Assembly (NCBI GenBank): GCA_965200715.1
Contig: OZ241374.1
Coordinates: forward strand, 2,917,031 to 2,981,030
Source: Arenicellales bacterium
GTDB lineage: Bacteria > Pseudomonadota > Gammaproteobacteria > Arenicellales > Poriferihabitantaceae
DNA: 64,000 nucleotides
Reading direction: 5' to 3'
Shown here: piece by piece, positions 25,150 to 34,978 of the stretch
How positions within the stretch are numbered: the first letter of the stretch is position 1
Layout: the number at the start of each line of letters is the position of its first letter
Notes under the pieces: generated by a model
Told to the model about the DNA's origin: nothing
Seen by the model: the letters and a program-made list of their open reading frames with translations, nothing else
Database searches by the model: none
Translations under genes and position numbers: made by a program

Positions 25150-26234
25150 CAGAGGTCGTTTCTGCCGCGGTGATGATCCCGCTTGGAGTTCAAGCGGATG
25201 TGACTGTTTATGGACGTATAAACAATGCAATTGAGCTTGATGATAAGGGAATGCAGCCAAACAAAGGGAAAACTGCATTGGAAGATAATGACTCAACGAC
25301 CGATGTAAGTACCATTGGATCGCGATTTGGCGTCAAAGCGAATTCCGATCTGGGCAATGGTCTGACTGCTCATGGTCATTATGAATTTGCGACCAATACC
25401 GATGACGCTGCGGGTGGAATCACGGCTACCCGTATTGCAACTGCTGGGCTTTCTGGCGGTTTCGGCAGGATTGACGTGGGCAATCAGTGGGGAGCTTTCT
25501 ACAATACGGTTGGCGTTGATATTGATCCGACCTGGTGGATTGGTCCGATTGCAGGTGCCACGCCTGGTCGCTCACCCAACACCATCAAGTATTCAAATTC
25601 GGTCGGTCCGTTGGCTTTGGAAGCGGATTTGCGATTAAGCAATTCTGCCGAAAATGTAAACGCTAAAGGCACCCCGGTGCTTTCCGGTTCGGGGGGTAGT
25701 ATTGGTGTTCGAGTTGCCGCTACTGACAATCTCACGCTTGCCGCCGCCTTTGATTTGGACGACCAGACAGATGTGGTGGTTACTCCTAAGATGGATGCAA
25801 AGTCGGGCGTTAATAAAGCGGGTACCGCACTTGCAGTCATCCCAGCAACGAAAGACGTTATGGGTCTTGAACATACACGTGCTGGCGTTTCTGGGAAGGT
25901 AACCCTTGGTCAGTTCTGGGGTGCTCTGGGATGGAGCAGCCATGAAGCCGAAAACGCAGCTGGGGTCACTCAGGCTGATAAAGAATTCGTTGCGGGCTAT
26001 GTGGGCATGAGTTTTAGCGACAGTAGTTCGGGCTGGATTGGCTATTCGCAGTCTGAAGAAGATAAGCCGAACACCCCGGAGCCAAGCAAGATTACGGCTG
26101 GCTTATATCACAACCTAGGCGGTGGTTTGCAGTTCTGGTATGAGGGTGCATCCGTAGATCCAGATGAAACGATTAATGGCCGTGAGGCAGACAACCATGT
26201 GACTCATTACATCGGCATTCGCTACGACTTCTAA
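25146..26234 (+). CDS. Gram-negative porin family beta-barrel; only a GTG start with an atypical signal peptide
   Basis: MAEVVSAAVMIPLGVQA|DVTVYGRINNAIE, GSRFGVKANSDLGNGLTAHGHYEF, NTIKYSNSVGPLALEADLRL, C-terminal IGIRYDF. There is no SD and no basic n-region. Confidence 0.85.
   Translation: MAEVVSAAVMIPLGVQADVTVYGRINNAIELDDKGMQPNKGKTALEDNDSTTDVSTIGSRFGVKANSDLGNGLTAHGHYEFATNTDDAAGGITATRIATAGLSGGFGRIDVGNQWGAFYNTVGVDIDPTWWIGPIAGATPGRSPNTIKYSNSVGPLALEADLRLSNSAENVNAKGTPVLSGSGGSIGVRVAATDNLTLAAAFDLDDQTDVVVTPKMDAKSGVNKAGTALAVIPATKDVMGLEHTRAGVSGKVTLGQFWGALGWSSHEAENAAGVTQADKEFVAGYVGMSFSDSSSGWIGYSQSEEDKPNTPEPSKITAGLYHNLGGGLQFWYEGASVDPDETINGREADNHVTHYIGIRYDF
25150..25175. repeat. Invariant 26-nt porin 5' element
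   Basis: CAGAGGTCGTTTCTGCCGCGGTGATG, preceded by GG, which gives a perfect GGCAGA/TCTGCC palindrome. Confidence 0.9.
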
Positions 26235-26260
26235 CCCGTATTGATTAAGAGGAATAAACA

Positions 26261-27769
26261 ATGAAACAGAAAATATACATAGCGGCACTATTGGCCGGTA
26301 TGCTGGCACTCGCAGGATGTGGGGGTGGAAGTAGCACAGTGGAGGTAACGCCTGCTACAGTAACGGCCGCGCAAACAGCGATAACAGCAGCCAATACTGC
26401 TGTTGATGCTCTAACCGCAACATCAGATCAAGTTGACGTTAATGCGGCAGATGGTTTGATAACAGCCGCAGAAGAAGCAATCGCAAAAGCCCCGGAAGGA
26501 GAACGAGCGACCTTAACTGCAATGCTTGCTGATTCCAATCGACAAATTGCCATTCATAATGATCGATTCACGGATGACGGCATAACCCCAGCTCAATTAG
26601 CCGAACTTTGCAAGGCTGATGGGGTCACTGTTAATGATGCTGGAGATGGTTGCATAGCAGATACAAGCATTGCAGATCAAACAAAGAAAGAAGCGGACTA
26701 TCTTGCTATTTTCAATGCCTTGAATGGACCTATTATTGGAGCGGCAACGGCCACTCAAACAAGTTTTACTAGTAGTTGGGATGGAAGTACAGCAGTTTCT
26801 TACACCGAGGCAGATGCCGAAGATCAAGATAACCACAAATCTGCATCGATTTCAATGCAGGGAGCTAAATTTAGTGAATTAACTACTGGATCAGAAGGCA
26901 ATGGAGTAGAAAGGAACAGTGATGGTGATGATGATATATTAGAGCTTACGGATGGCGCTGATAAAGATTACGTTATGTTTTCCGGGATATCAACCGGCCA
27001 ACAGGAAACGCATGAAAAGAAAAACATAGTAAAGGTTGGTGGCACTGATATGATAGCTTTTGTAGTTTCAGGATCATATCGCGGTGTTACGGGAACATAT
27101 CAATGTACTGGTGCAGACTGCACAACAAGCTTAGCCGGTGATGCTGCTGGCAATTTAGTGTTTGAAGGCACATGGCAGTTTAAAGCAACGGATGAGGACG
27201 CTCGGATAACCGATCAGGATGTTGTTACCTATGGCTGGTGGACTAATACAGCTTCTGCGCCGGGCAGTGTTCTACAAGCCGGATTATTTTCCGATAGGGA
27301 AAAAACAGGGCATGTCGATGCTCGCTACGCTGGCGGTGGTTCGGCAACCTACAAGGGTGAAGCTCTTGGTCAGTATGTGATGAGCGCGGATAATTTTGGA
27401 GCATTTACTGCGGATGCTACCCTAACCGCAGACTTCACAGGTACAAATACTTTGGAAGGTATGATAAACGGCTTTAAGGATGCTGATGGTGGAGACTTGA
27501 CGGGTTGGGAAGTTAAACTGCATAAAACCAACATAGCTGTTAATGGAACATTTTCCGGTACACAGACAGGAGCTGAAAATGCAAGGCAAGCAAGATGGAA
27601 CATCGGCGATAAAAAGGGAGCAGCAGGAAATTGGCAGGGGGCCCTATATGGCCCAGAAGGCACTAGTACTAATAAATATCCTACTCACGCCGCAGGAGAA
27701 TTTAGTGCACAGCATGGGCCTACTGGGCGCATGATCGGCGCATTTGGGGCCGAACTGGAAAGTAACTAA
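26261..27769 (+). CDS. Surface lipoprotein with TbpB-like C-terminal barrel
   Basis: 502 aa with the same lipobox. SYRGVTGTYQCTGADC..WQFKA..TYGWW, GSATYKGEALGQYV..FTADATLTADF..LEGMINGF..GNWQGALYGPEG..GRMIGAFGAE. Starts 26 nt after the porin stop. Confidence 0.85.
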   Translation: MKQKIYIAALLAGMLALAGCGGGSSTVEVTPATVTAAQTAITAANTAVDALTATSDQVDVNAADGLITAAEEAIAKAPEGERATLTAMLADSNRQIAIHNDRFTDDGITPAQLAELCKADGVTVNDAGDGCIADTSIADQTKKEADYLAIFNALNGPIIGAATATQTSFTSSWDGSTAVSYTEADAEDQDNHKSASISMQGAKFSELTTGSEGNGVERNSDGDDDILELTDGADKDYVMFSGISTGQQETHEKKNIVKVGGTDMIAFVVSGSYRGVTGTYQCTGADCTTSLAGDAAGNLVFEGTWQFKATDEDARITDQDVVTYGWWTNTASAPGSVLQAGLFSDREKTGHVDARYAGGGSATYKGEALGQYVMSADNFGAFTADATLTADFTGTNTLEGMINGFKDADGGDLTGWEVKLHKTNIAVNGTFSGTQTGAENARQARWNIGDKKGAAGNWQGALYGPEGTSTNKYPTHAAGEFSAQHGPTGRMIGAFGAELESN

Positions 27770-27782
27770 TAAACCAACATAA

Positions 27783-27808
27783 ACCGGGGCGTAACAACCC
27801 CGGTTTTT
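27783..27808 (+). terminator. Rho-independent terminator (conserved family)
   Basis: ACCGGGGCGTAACAACCCCGG followed by T6. Confidence 0.85.
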
Positions 27809-27889
27809 TCTATCTGTTGGGAACGGTAACCCGCATGGAAAGCTGGCCATTCCCAGATCATGAACTAGAACCTGTAAGAGGGAATCAAC

Positions 27890-29709
27890 AATGAAACAGA
27901 ACATTTTACTATCCGCCCTGTTGTCGACCATGCTGGTGATTGCAGGTTGCGGTGGAGGCAGCTCCTCGGATGGCGGTAAGATTGAAGATGGGCGGTAAGA
28001 CCCTGAGTGAAATCTACCAGTCTGCAATCACCGATGGGGAGGAACACACGTTTGATATGGTATTGTCCGCATCGGTTCTTCAGAATCAAGATTCTGACAA
28101 TCCTTCAACTTCGATTCCTGAAAACAACGAATTATCAGTTTCACAAATCGTGAGGAATGAGGATGGTGGTTATGATGTCACCTACCGCATTGATGATTCT
28201 TCTGAGACTGTAACTTTCTTGCCTAGTGATTGTAACAATCAAGATGAAGAATGCGTTTTATCGAATGAAGAAGGTCAACGAGAATTTGATATTTGGGCAA
28301 TGCCTAGTACGGAAGAAGGTACAGGTCAACTCGGCCCCGCCGCAAATCTTGTCTATCATAATATCAAACATTTTCAAGTTCATGGAACAACTTCTAGCGA
28401 TGAAAGAATTCTTCACAAGCAAATATTTGTCTTTGGCGTAACGACTCCAGAGTCAAATCAACCCAAAACGGGAACGGGAACCTACTACGGTTGGTTTTTC
28501 GGTTATGCGAATCGAATGACAGAGGCAGGTAATGCCTTCCGGCAACGAATTATGGCAGACATGCAGTTGGTAGCGAATTTTGACATGAACACCATCAATG
28601 GGGATTTGACTGGGGTTGAAGGAACACCACCAGGAGGAAATAACAATTCATGGGAAGATTGGCAGGAGGAAAGTCGTTTTGAAATCACCGGTACTGGAGT
28701 GAATTCAGCGGGGCAGTTCACGGCTACCGTAACCGGGATGGATGCTTCTACTGCGGATGACGTTGAAAGTGTACGGGGATTCATGGGTCAACTCACAGCG
28801 CAATTATTTGGCCCGAATGCCGAGGAAATTGGCGGGGTATTGAGTGCATCTCGTGATTTGGACGGTGATGATAATGACCTTGCTTTGTATGGTTATGTTT
28901 CGAGTACCAAATTCGGCCCTGCCAAGATACTTAGTTCCGAAGGTGTATCCGTTGGAGTCAAAAGAAATTTTGAGGAGAGTAAGACCGAACTACAGGAACA
29001 AGGCGAGGTCAAAATTATGAGAGATGCCGGTGATAGTGGTTGGGTGCTCACTACTGATGCTCGTACAGTCGAATTCGAAGACGAAGATTACCGGTATGGA
29101 GAGGGAAATTATTTTCGAGCTAGTGCTGCAGATGACGCGCAAGATGGCGATTATTTTTGGACGAATACTAATGGTTTTTTCGTTACCCCTGACTATGATT
29201 ACTTCGACATCAAGGGCTGGGCAAATAATCATGACAATCCAGGGATTTGGGTAAACAGTTTTATCATTCATGGTGATCGGACACCCATCTCATCCCTGCC
29301 TTTTTCAACCGCGACCTATCATGGGCGGATGCACGGTCGAGAGTTTCCATCTGATGATGCAATTAGTTGGATATCCGAAGCAAGGCGTTATCAAGGTGAT
29401 TTGACTCTGACCGCAGATTTTGCAAATACGAGTGTGATGGGTGAGATAACGAATCTAGAAACTCGAGTAGGAAATAGCGGTAGTTATAGTGACATTCAAG
29501 GAGGTGCTCGTTTCAATGCATCGATCACTGGTCACAATTTCACGGCTGATGATTTTAGTGGAACAGGGGATATATCGAATCTACAAAATGGCAATGTCTA
29601 CGGTTCGTTTTTTGGTCCTACAGCCCAGGAAGCCGGTGGGGTTTTTGATGCGGACCTTGGAAGCGACGTTGTCGTTGGTTATTTCGGTGCAACTCAGGAG
29701 AATGAATAG
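27890..29709 (+). pseudogene. Bilobed TbpB-like surface lipoprotein, frameshifted just after the lipobox
   Basis: ATG at 27890 gives MKQNILLSALLSTMLVIAGCGGGSSSDGGKIEDGR, then TAA at 27995. The 589-aa body (ORF 27940..29709) is in another frame. There are two barrel-like lobes, each ending in a FGP..AEE.GG motif (QLFGPNAEEIGGVL and SFFGPTAQEAGGVF..VVGYFGA). Confidence 0.8.
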
Positions 29710-29771
29710 ATTGATCAGTCATCGTGAATTCCATCTTTGGTAGATTCGGTGCAGCACGATGACCAATCCAA

Positions 29772-29797
29772 CCGGGGTGTAACAACCTCGGTTTTTT
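29772..29797 (+). terminator. Terminator hairpin (conserved family, one stem mismatch)
   Basis: CCGGGGTGTAACAACCTCGG followed by T6. Confidence 0.7.
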
Positions 29798-29829
29798 ATT
29801 TCAAATACAATAAATTCAGTCAAAAGAAA

Positions 29830-31049
29830 ATGGAACAGAAACACACAATAGTGATCCTATTAGTCTTAATGCTTACCCTTGTAGGCTGTGGGGGCGGTTC
29901 TATCGGTATTGACAGCTCTATCCGGTGAACCAAACCGGACGCGAGCAAGGCGCGGTTTCATGGTCTGAGGCACACCACAAAGGCATTGGTCCTGATGCCC
30001 GTCAAGATTACCGTCAAGCGATGTATGAGGATTGCACGCTTGACCGTGAGGACTGTTCCTTATCTGGAGATGGATGGTTTCATGCTTGGAACCAATTACC
30101 CGAAGTTCATGTATCCTCAAATAGCACACAACAGGAAGTCTGGGCAATCCGGAGGGCAATCGGCATACTCAACCGATCCCTTCCCGTGGAATATCGGCAT
30201 ACCTATCAAATAACCCGCCGAACCTTTTCCGGCGTGGGTAGGGATGATCAGGTAGAGCGTTCCAAGTCTCTTGTACCGGAGGGTGTGATTCATGTAGAGA
30301 TTTATCCGTATGACGATCCAGAATCCGGCGGGGTAGCATGGACGAATGGTGAAAGGGGTTATGCGCTTGGAGATCGGGTCAATTATGATCTTTCTACCCC
30401 TCATGGCATGAGGGCTTTGATCGATACCATGGTGCATGAATTCCTTCATGCTTTCGGCCTTAGCGGGCATCCACACGCAGTGCATACCTCGATCATGTCT
30501 TATCGTCATCACAGGGAAGGAGAGCTAGACAACGTACCCCTGTATTGATGTGGCCATGCTCTATGACCTCTATGAATGGGGCTATTGGGATACCGACATG
30601 AAAAGGGTAGCAGATCATGCGGGCGGGGTACATTTTGGAGTACACAGTTTGCACCAGGGAACGGCCGTCATTCCGTGGGTAGATGCCGGACACATAGCAC
30701 CCCGAGATTGGATGAGCTGTCAGGCCGAGCATCGTATAGCGGCACCCTGATTGGATATGCTGATGACGAACCTGTACATGGTGACGCAGATCTCAGCATT
30801 AACTTTAATCGAGGAACGGGAGAGGCCCGTTTTCACCGGATTGCGGACTGGGATGGCAATTCTTGGAATCGAAGTGGCTATCGCTATGATCTCGGCTTAT
30901 ATGGCCATTACTTCGATTCGACTATAGATTCACAGGATCAAGATGGTATTCCAGATGTGGTCGGGGCGTTCTATGGGTTTGAGGCGGAAACCGCAGCCGG
31001 TACACTTCAGAGGCCGGAGATTACCGCCGCTTTCGGTGCGGTTAAGTAA
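29830..31049 (+). pseudogene. Zinc-metalloprotease lipoprotein paralog, multiply frameshifted
   Basis: Pieces at 29830..29928 (MEQKHTIVILLVLMLTLVGCGGGS), 29925..30548 (HEFLHAFGLSGHPHAVHTSIMSY), 30550..30750 and 30576..31049 (..AAFGAVK) lie in different frames. Collinear with <1..1146. Confidence 0.85.
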
Positions 31050-31185
31050 GGATTCGTTTTTTCAGTTTTCAGCTTAGTTGTAATTCAGTTTTTCAGTTCT
31101 TCGCAACGATCCTGAAACACCTTTTTAGCAGCTTATAACAAATTGGTTTCAACGCTGATTACCCTTCCAAGCAGATAGAAAAAAA

Positions 31186-31205
31186 CCGGGGTTGTTACGC
31201 CCCGG
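31186..31205 (-). terminator. Rho-independent terminator (conserved family)
   Basis: Minus strand: CCGGGGCGTAACAACCCCGG followed by T7, downstream of the stop at 31227. It could also serve the convergent plus-strand gene. Confidence 0.8.
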
Positions 31206-31226
31206 TTTGTATAGTTTGGTTATTGG

Positions 31227-32750
31227 TTATGGTGCAGCAGTATGATCCGCGCCGAAAGCTCCGGCCATCCTGCCATTTAAGCCCAAATGCGCGTTAAACG
31301 TCCCGGTCACAATATCCGGTACGCCATCAGTTTCAGATCCTTCATTCCACATATTACCCGACCATGAACCGGCAGCCGTGCCATCTGCTTCTCCGACCTT
31401 CCATGTGGTAGTGCCAAGAGTAGTTGCACCAATTACTCCAGTACCGTTTATCGTCGCTTTATTCAAATCCACCAACCAGTCTCCGTCAATGTCCGCGCCT
31501 TTACCATCCTTGAAGTTGCTCACCGTGCCGGAGATCATATCAGTCACGACAGGGGTAGCAGTGCTATCCCCAAACTTAGCCGTGAGTTCTACGCTCGCGG
31601 TGAAGTGTCCAGCTTCGTTCCTTCCGCCGGTACTACTGGACAAGGCATACTTGCCAGCTGCTCCACCTCGGTAGGTTGCACTGCCGGATTCTAGTCTAGT
31701 ATTGAGAGAAGATGGTACAGCCGCAGCCGCACTCCTACGGTTTATATCGAATACTCCAACGATCCAGTTATCATCATCATCCTTATTCAGCCACCACCCG
31801 TAGGAGGCAAGCGGAGTAGCTTCGCCCATGGTAATCCGGTCATCTGGGTTGTTGGGAGCGAAACGCCATGCAGCATTTGTCTCAAACGTTTGTTTGTTTT
31901 CGCCTGCGTGATTTACCCTGCAAGCCGCACCCTCGGCACCACTACAATAAAACGTTCCTCGGACTCCATGATAGGAACCAGCTTCGGAAATATATGCAGC
32001 AGTAGAACCAGTAGGCTTTGTATAGTCCCTGCTTCCTGCGGTCTGGGTAAAGCTGTCAATGTTTATGGTAGCGACCTCACTGGCAGCAAAGGTAATCCCT
32101 GAACGACCTATATTGTAGTCGTCATTGTCTAATAAAATAAGGGTGTACCTATGTGTATGCCGCATAGATTCATCAGTTTCTTCAGGGTTAGGAGCGCCAA
32201 CTTTATCTGTTTCTGTCGAAGCGAACATCAGCCCTTCCGTTCCCGGACTCACCTTCGTATAGACATGGGCTTCGCGGTTGACTTTCTTGTCAGTTCCTGT
32301 GGTAGTGGTGTACTGAGCACCGGTCCAGCCCTCGAGAGCAGAAACGGTAGCATCGGTTTTTTCCAAGTCAATATCTGGAGATGTTGCAATTCTCAAATCA
32401 CCATTACTTTGGAAGGTAACATCAGTTCTATCCAAACCGTTCGTTCCATTACCAAATCCATTCGTAGGACTAAGTGCAGCGTGCAGACTTGCGGCATCAG
32501 CCTTTGCATCCGTTGCTTTGTCTTCCTCTGCTATCTTTTCTCCCTCATCAGCTCTTATCTGTTCTTCGGTGAGGCATTTCCCTCCACTATAAATGGTCGC
32601 ATCATCGCAATCGGCTTGACTGAGTGGCGGATCGTTTTTATCGTCACCTCCACCACCTCCGTCACCTGAACCGGAAGAACTCCCGCCCCCGCATCCTGCG
32701 AGTGCCAGCATACCGGCTAATAGGGCCGCTATGTATATTTTCTGTTTCAT
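31227..32750 (-). CDS. Surface lipoprotein with TbpB-like C-terminal barrel
   Basis: 507 aa with the same lipobox. SYHGVRGTFYCSGAEG..WRFAPN..SYGWWL, GSATYRGGAAGKYA..GHFTASVELTAKF..ISGTVSNF..GSWSGNMW..GRMAGAFGAD. Confidence 0.85.
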   Translation of the reverse strand: MKQKIYIAALLAGMLALAGCGGGSSSGSGDGGGGGDDKNDPPLSQADCDDATIYSGGKCLTEEQIRADEGEKIAEEDKATDAKADAASLHAALSPTNGFGNGTNGLDRTDVTFQSNGDLRIATSPDIDLEKTDATVSALEGWTGAQYTTTTGTDKKVNREAHVYTKVSPGTEGLMFASTETDKVGAPNPEETDESMRHTHRYTLILLDNDDYNIGRSGITFAASEVATINIDSFTQTAGSRDYTKPTGSTAAYISEAGSYHGVRGTFYCSGAEGAACRVNHAGENKQTFETNAAWRFAPNNPDDRITMGEATPLASYGWWLNKDDDDNWIVGVFDINRRSAAAAVPSSLNTRLESGSATYRGGAAGKYALSSSTGGRNEAGHFTASVELTAKFGDSTATPVVTDMISGTVSNFKDGKGADIDGDWLVDLNKATINGTGVIGATTLGTTTWKVGEADGTAAGSWSGNMWNEGSETDGVPDIVTGTFNAHLGLNGRMAGAFGADHTAAP

Positions 32751-32781
32751 TGTTTATTCCTCTTAAATATTGAGATCAGCC

Positions 32782-33789
32782 TTAGAAGTCGTAACGGATA
32801 CCGATGAAGTGCTTAACATGATCATCTGTACCGGCTTTATCTTTATCCTCGGATCCGCCCTCATACCAGAAAATCAGTCCTCCACCCATATTGTGATACA
32901 GGCCCGCGGCAATCTTGCTCGGCTCGGCCATATCATTTTCGGTTTCGGCGGTTGAGTAGCCAATCCAACCCGAAGTGCTATCCGAAAAGCTCATGCCTAC
33001 ATAGCCTGCAACATGTTCCTGGTCGGGCTGGGCAACTCCAGAGCTGTTTTCCGATTCATGTCTGCTCCATCCGAGTGCTCCCCAGAACTGGCCAAACGAA
33101 ACCTTGCCGGTAATCGCAGCACGGTTGTGTTCGAGACCATTCTCTTCTTTTCCATCTTCTTTCACTGATCCATCCAGATTCCAGGTCGGTTGAGTGGTGT
33201 ATTTGATGTCGGTCTGATCGTCGACATCAAAAGCCGCCGCAACCGTAACATTGTCAGTTGCATTAACTCGGATGCCAATGCCACCGCCGTTGCCGGATAG
33301 GCTCGTGCCTTCACCACCCTCATCACCAAAACGCAAGTCTGCTTCTAAGGACAGCGGGCCGACTGAATTCGAGTACTTGATGGTATTAGGAGATCGGAAC
33401 GGAGTCGGACTACCCACTGGCCCGATGGTATAGGTCGGATCAAGGTCTACCCCGACCGAGTTATAAAAGGCACTCCACTGATTACCGACATCAACCCGAC
33501 CAAAACCACCGGAAACCCCGGCGGTTGCAATCCGGGTTGAAAGGACTCCGTCCGCACCGTCATCGGTATTGGTCGCAAACTCGTAATGGCCATGAGCGGT
33601 CAAGCCATTGCCAAGATCCGATTCTCCCTTAATACCAAAACGCGATCCAACGGTGCCGATGTCGGCTGTTGAGTCATTCATACCGCCCTTATCTTCCAGA
33701 ACGATCGCATTATTAACACGACCGTAAACAGTCGCCTCCGCCTGTACTCCAAGCGGCAACATCACCGCGGCAGAAACGACCTCTGCCAC
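32782..33789 (-). CDS. Gram-negative porin family beta-barrel; only a GTG start with an atypical signal peptide
   Basis: MAEVVSAAVMLPLGVQA|EATVYGRVNNAIV, GSRFGIKGESDLGNGLTAHGHYEF, C-terminal IGIRYDF. Confidence 0.85.
   Translation of the reverse strand: MAEVVSAAVMLPLGVQAEATVYGRVNNAIVLEDKGGMNDSTADIGTVGSRFGIKGESDLGNGLTAHGHYEFATNTDDGADGVLSTRIATAGVSGGFGRVDVGNQWSAFYNSVGVDLDPTYTIGPVGSPTPFRSPNTIKYSNSVGPLSLEADLRFGDEGGEGTSLSGNGGGIGIRVNATDNVTVAAAFDVDDQTDIKYTTQPTWNLDGSVKEDGKEENGLEHNRAAITGKVSFGQFWGALGWSRHESENSSGVAQPDQEHVAGYVGMSFSDSTSGWIGYSTAETENDMAEPSKIAAGLYHNMGGGLIFWYEGGSEDKDKAGTDDHVKHFIGIRYDF
33760..33785. repeat. Invariant 26-nt porin 5' element (reverse orientation)
   Basis: CATCACCGCGGCAGAAACGACCTCTG followed by CC, which gives a perfect palindrome. 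Confidence 0.9.
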
Positions 33790-33862
33790 AAGAGGGCTTT
33801 GATAAGGATTAAGCTATCGGATACTTCTATTCACTGGTAGATTAACTTTCAACCGCTTACCC

Positions 33863-34120
33863 TGTTATTTTCCGCAATAAGTCAGAACTCGATTCTCAGA
33901 TTAAATTGAAAGGAATGGGACAGTTTGTCCCGGATTGTGCTGGATAGTTTTGGTTTCTTTTTCCAAGTAGTCATGGTATCCCCATTTGCCGCACTGAAAA
34001 CTGACTGCTTGGAAAAAATAAGCAGCTCAGTCCAGTTTATACCAGAATAGAGGAAAAATCATACTGAATGAATTCGAACCAAAACCACTACTTTCTCTCA
34101 AAATAGTGTGGGAAATAACA
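33863..34120. mobile_element. MITE-like internal-deletion derivative of the TG..CA transposon (left end fused to right end)
   Basis: 33863-33985 matches the left end at 44059-44185. About 33998-34120 matches the right end at 54306-54433. It starts TGTTATTTTCCGC and ends GTGGGAAATAACA. ACCC(T) is present on both flanks (33859-33863 and 34121-34125). Confidence 0.75.
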
Positions 34121-34382
34121 ACCCTCGCAAATTGTGATGGTTGTGGTTCAGCGTCATTTCTTTATACAACACTTGTACTTCCCTAATCCTGAAAGAAAAA
34201 CATGAGAGCACCCCAATGTTCTTATGTGGTATGGATTTGGAGGGGCTAGCGTTTCACCTAATAGATGACCTCATTTCTGGCATCGAAACCCACTGTAAAT
34301 AATACTTTACAAATATACAAAGAACTCGATTTAAGGATTAGGGTACTTTCATTATGTGCGGTATTACCGTACACTATAGGCT

Positions 34383-34673
34383 ATGATTATTCGCTCTATA
34401 CGCCATCGGGGATTAAAATTGCTGTTTGAAAAGAATTCCACACGGTTGTTAAGACAGGACCAGGTAGTACGGTTGCGAACTGTTTTATTCTCGCTGGAAA
34501 TCGCGGAAAGCATTGAGGATTTCAACAACAATGCCATGCCAGGATGGCGGGTTCACCGGCTGTCAGGAGAACGCCATAATGAATGGAGTATAGCCATATC
34601 GAAGAACTGGCGCATTACCTTTAAAGAATGTGACAATGCAATTGAGCAGTTAAATTTGGAGGACTACCACTGA
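34383..34673 (+). CDS. higB: HigB-like (RelE/ParE superfamily) toxin
   Basis: 96 aa: IRSIRHRGLKLLFE....HRLSGERHNEWSIAISKNWRITF, the typical killer-protein HigB layout. Its stop overlaps the next start (ATGA). Confidence 0.75.
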   Translation: MIIRSIRHRGLKLLFEKNSTRLLRQDQVVRLRTVLFSLEIAESIEDFNNNAMPGWRVHRLSGERHNEWSIAISKNWRITFKECDNAIEQLNLEDYH

Positions 34674-34978
34674 TGACAAAAAGCGGAATCAAAATGGGAA
34701 TGATGCCCCCGCAACCCGGAGAAGTCATTCGGACTGAAATCCTCGAGGAACTTGGATTGAGCGTTTCAGAGGCGGCCCGGATTCTTGGTGTCCGACGTGC
34801 GACGCTGTCGGATTTAGTAAACGGCAATTCCTCTTTATCACCAGAAATGGCGTTACGGATTGAAAAGGCATTCGGACCCAGCATGGACTATCTACTCAAG
34901 ATGCAGGCAATGCATGATGCAGGACAGATGCGGAAGCGCTCCAGCGAGGTGGACATTCAGCGTTATCAGCCGAAATAA
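34673..34978 (+). CDS. higA: HigA-like XRE-family HTH antitoxin
   Basis: PGEVIRTEILEELGLSVSEAARILGVRRATLSDLVNGNSSLSPEMALRIEKAFG is the canonical HigA/VapI HTH. Confidence 0.8.
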   Translation: MTKSGIKMGMMPPQPGEVIRTEILEELGLSVSEAARILGVRRATLSDLVNGNSSLSPEMALRIEKAFGPSMDYLLKMQAMHDAGQMRKRSSEVDIQRYQPK

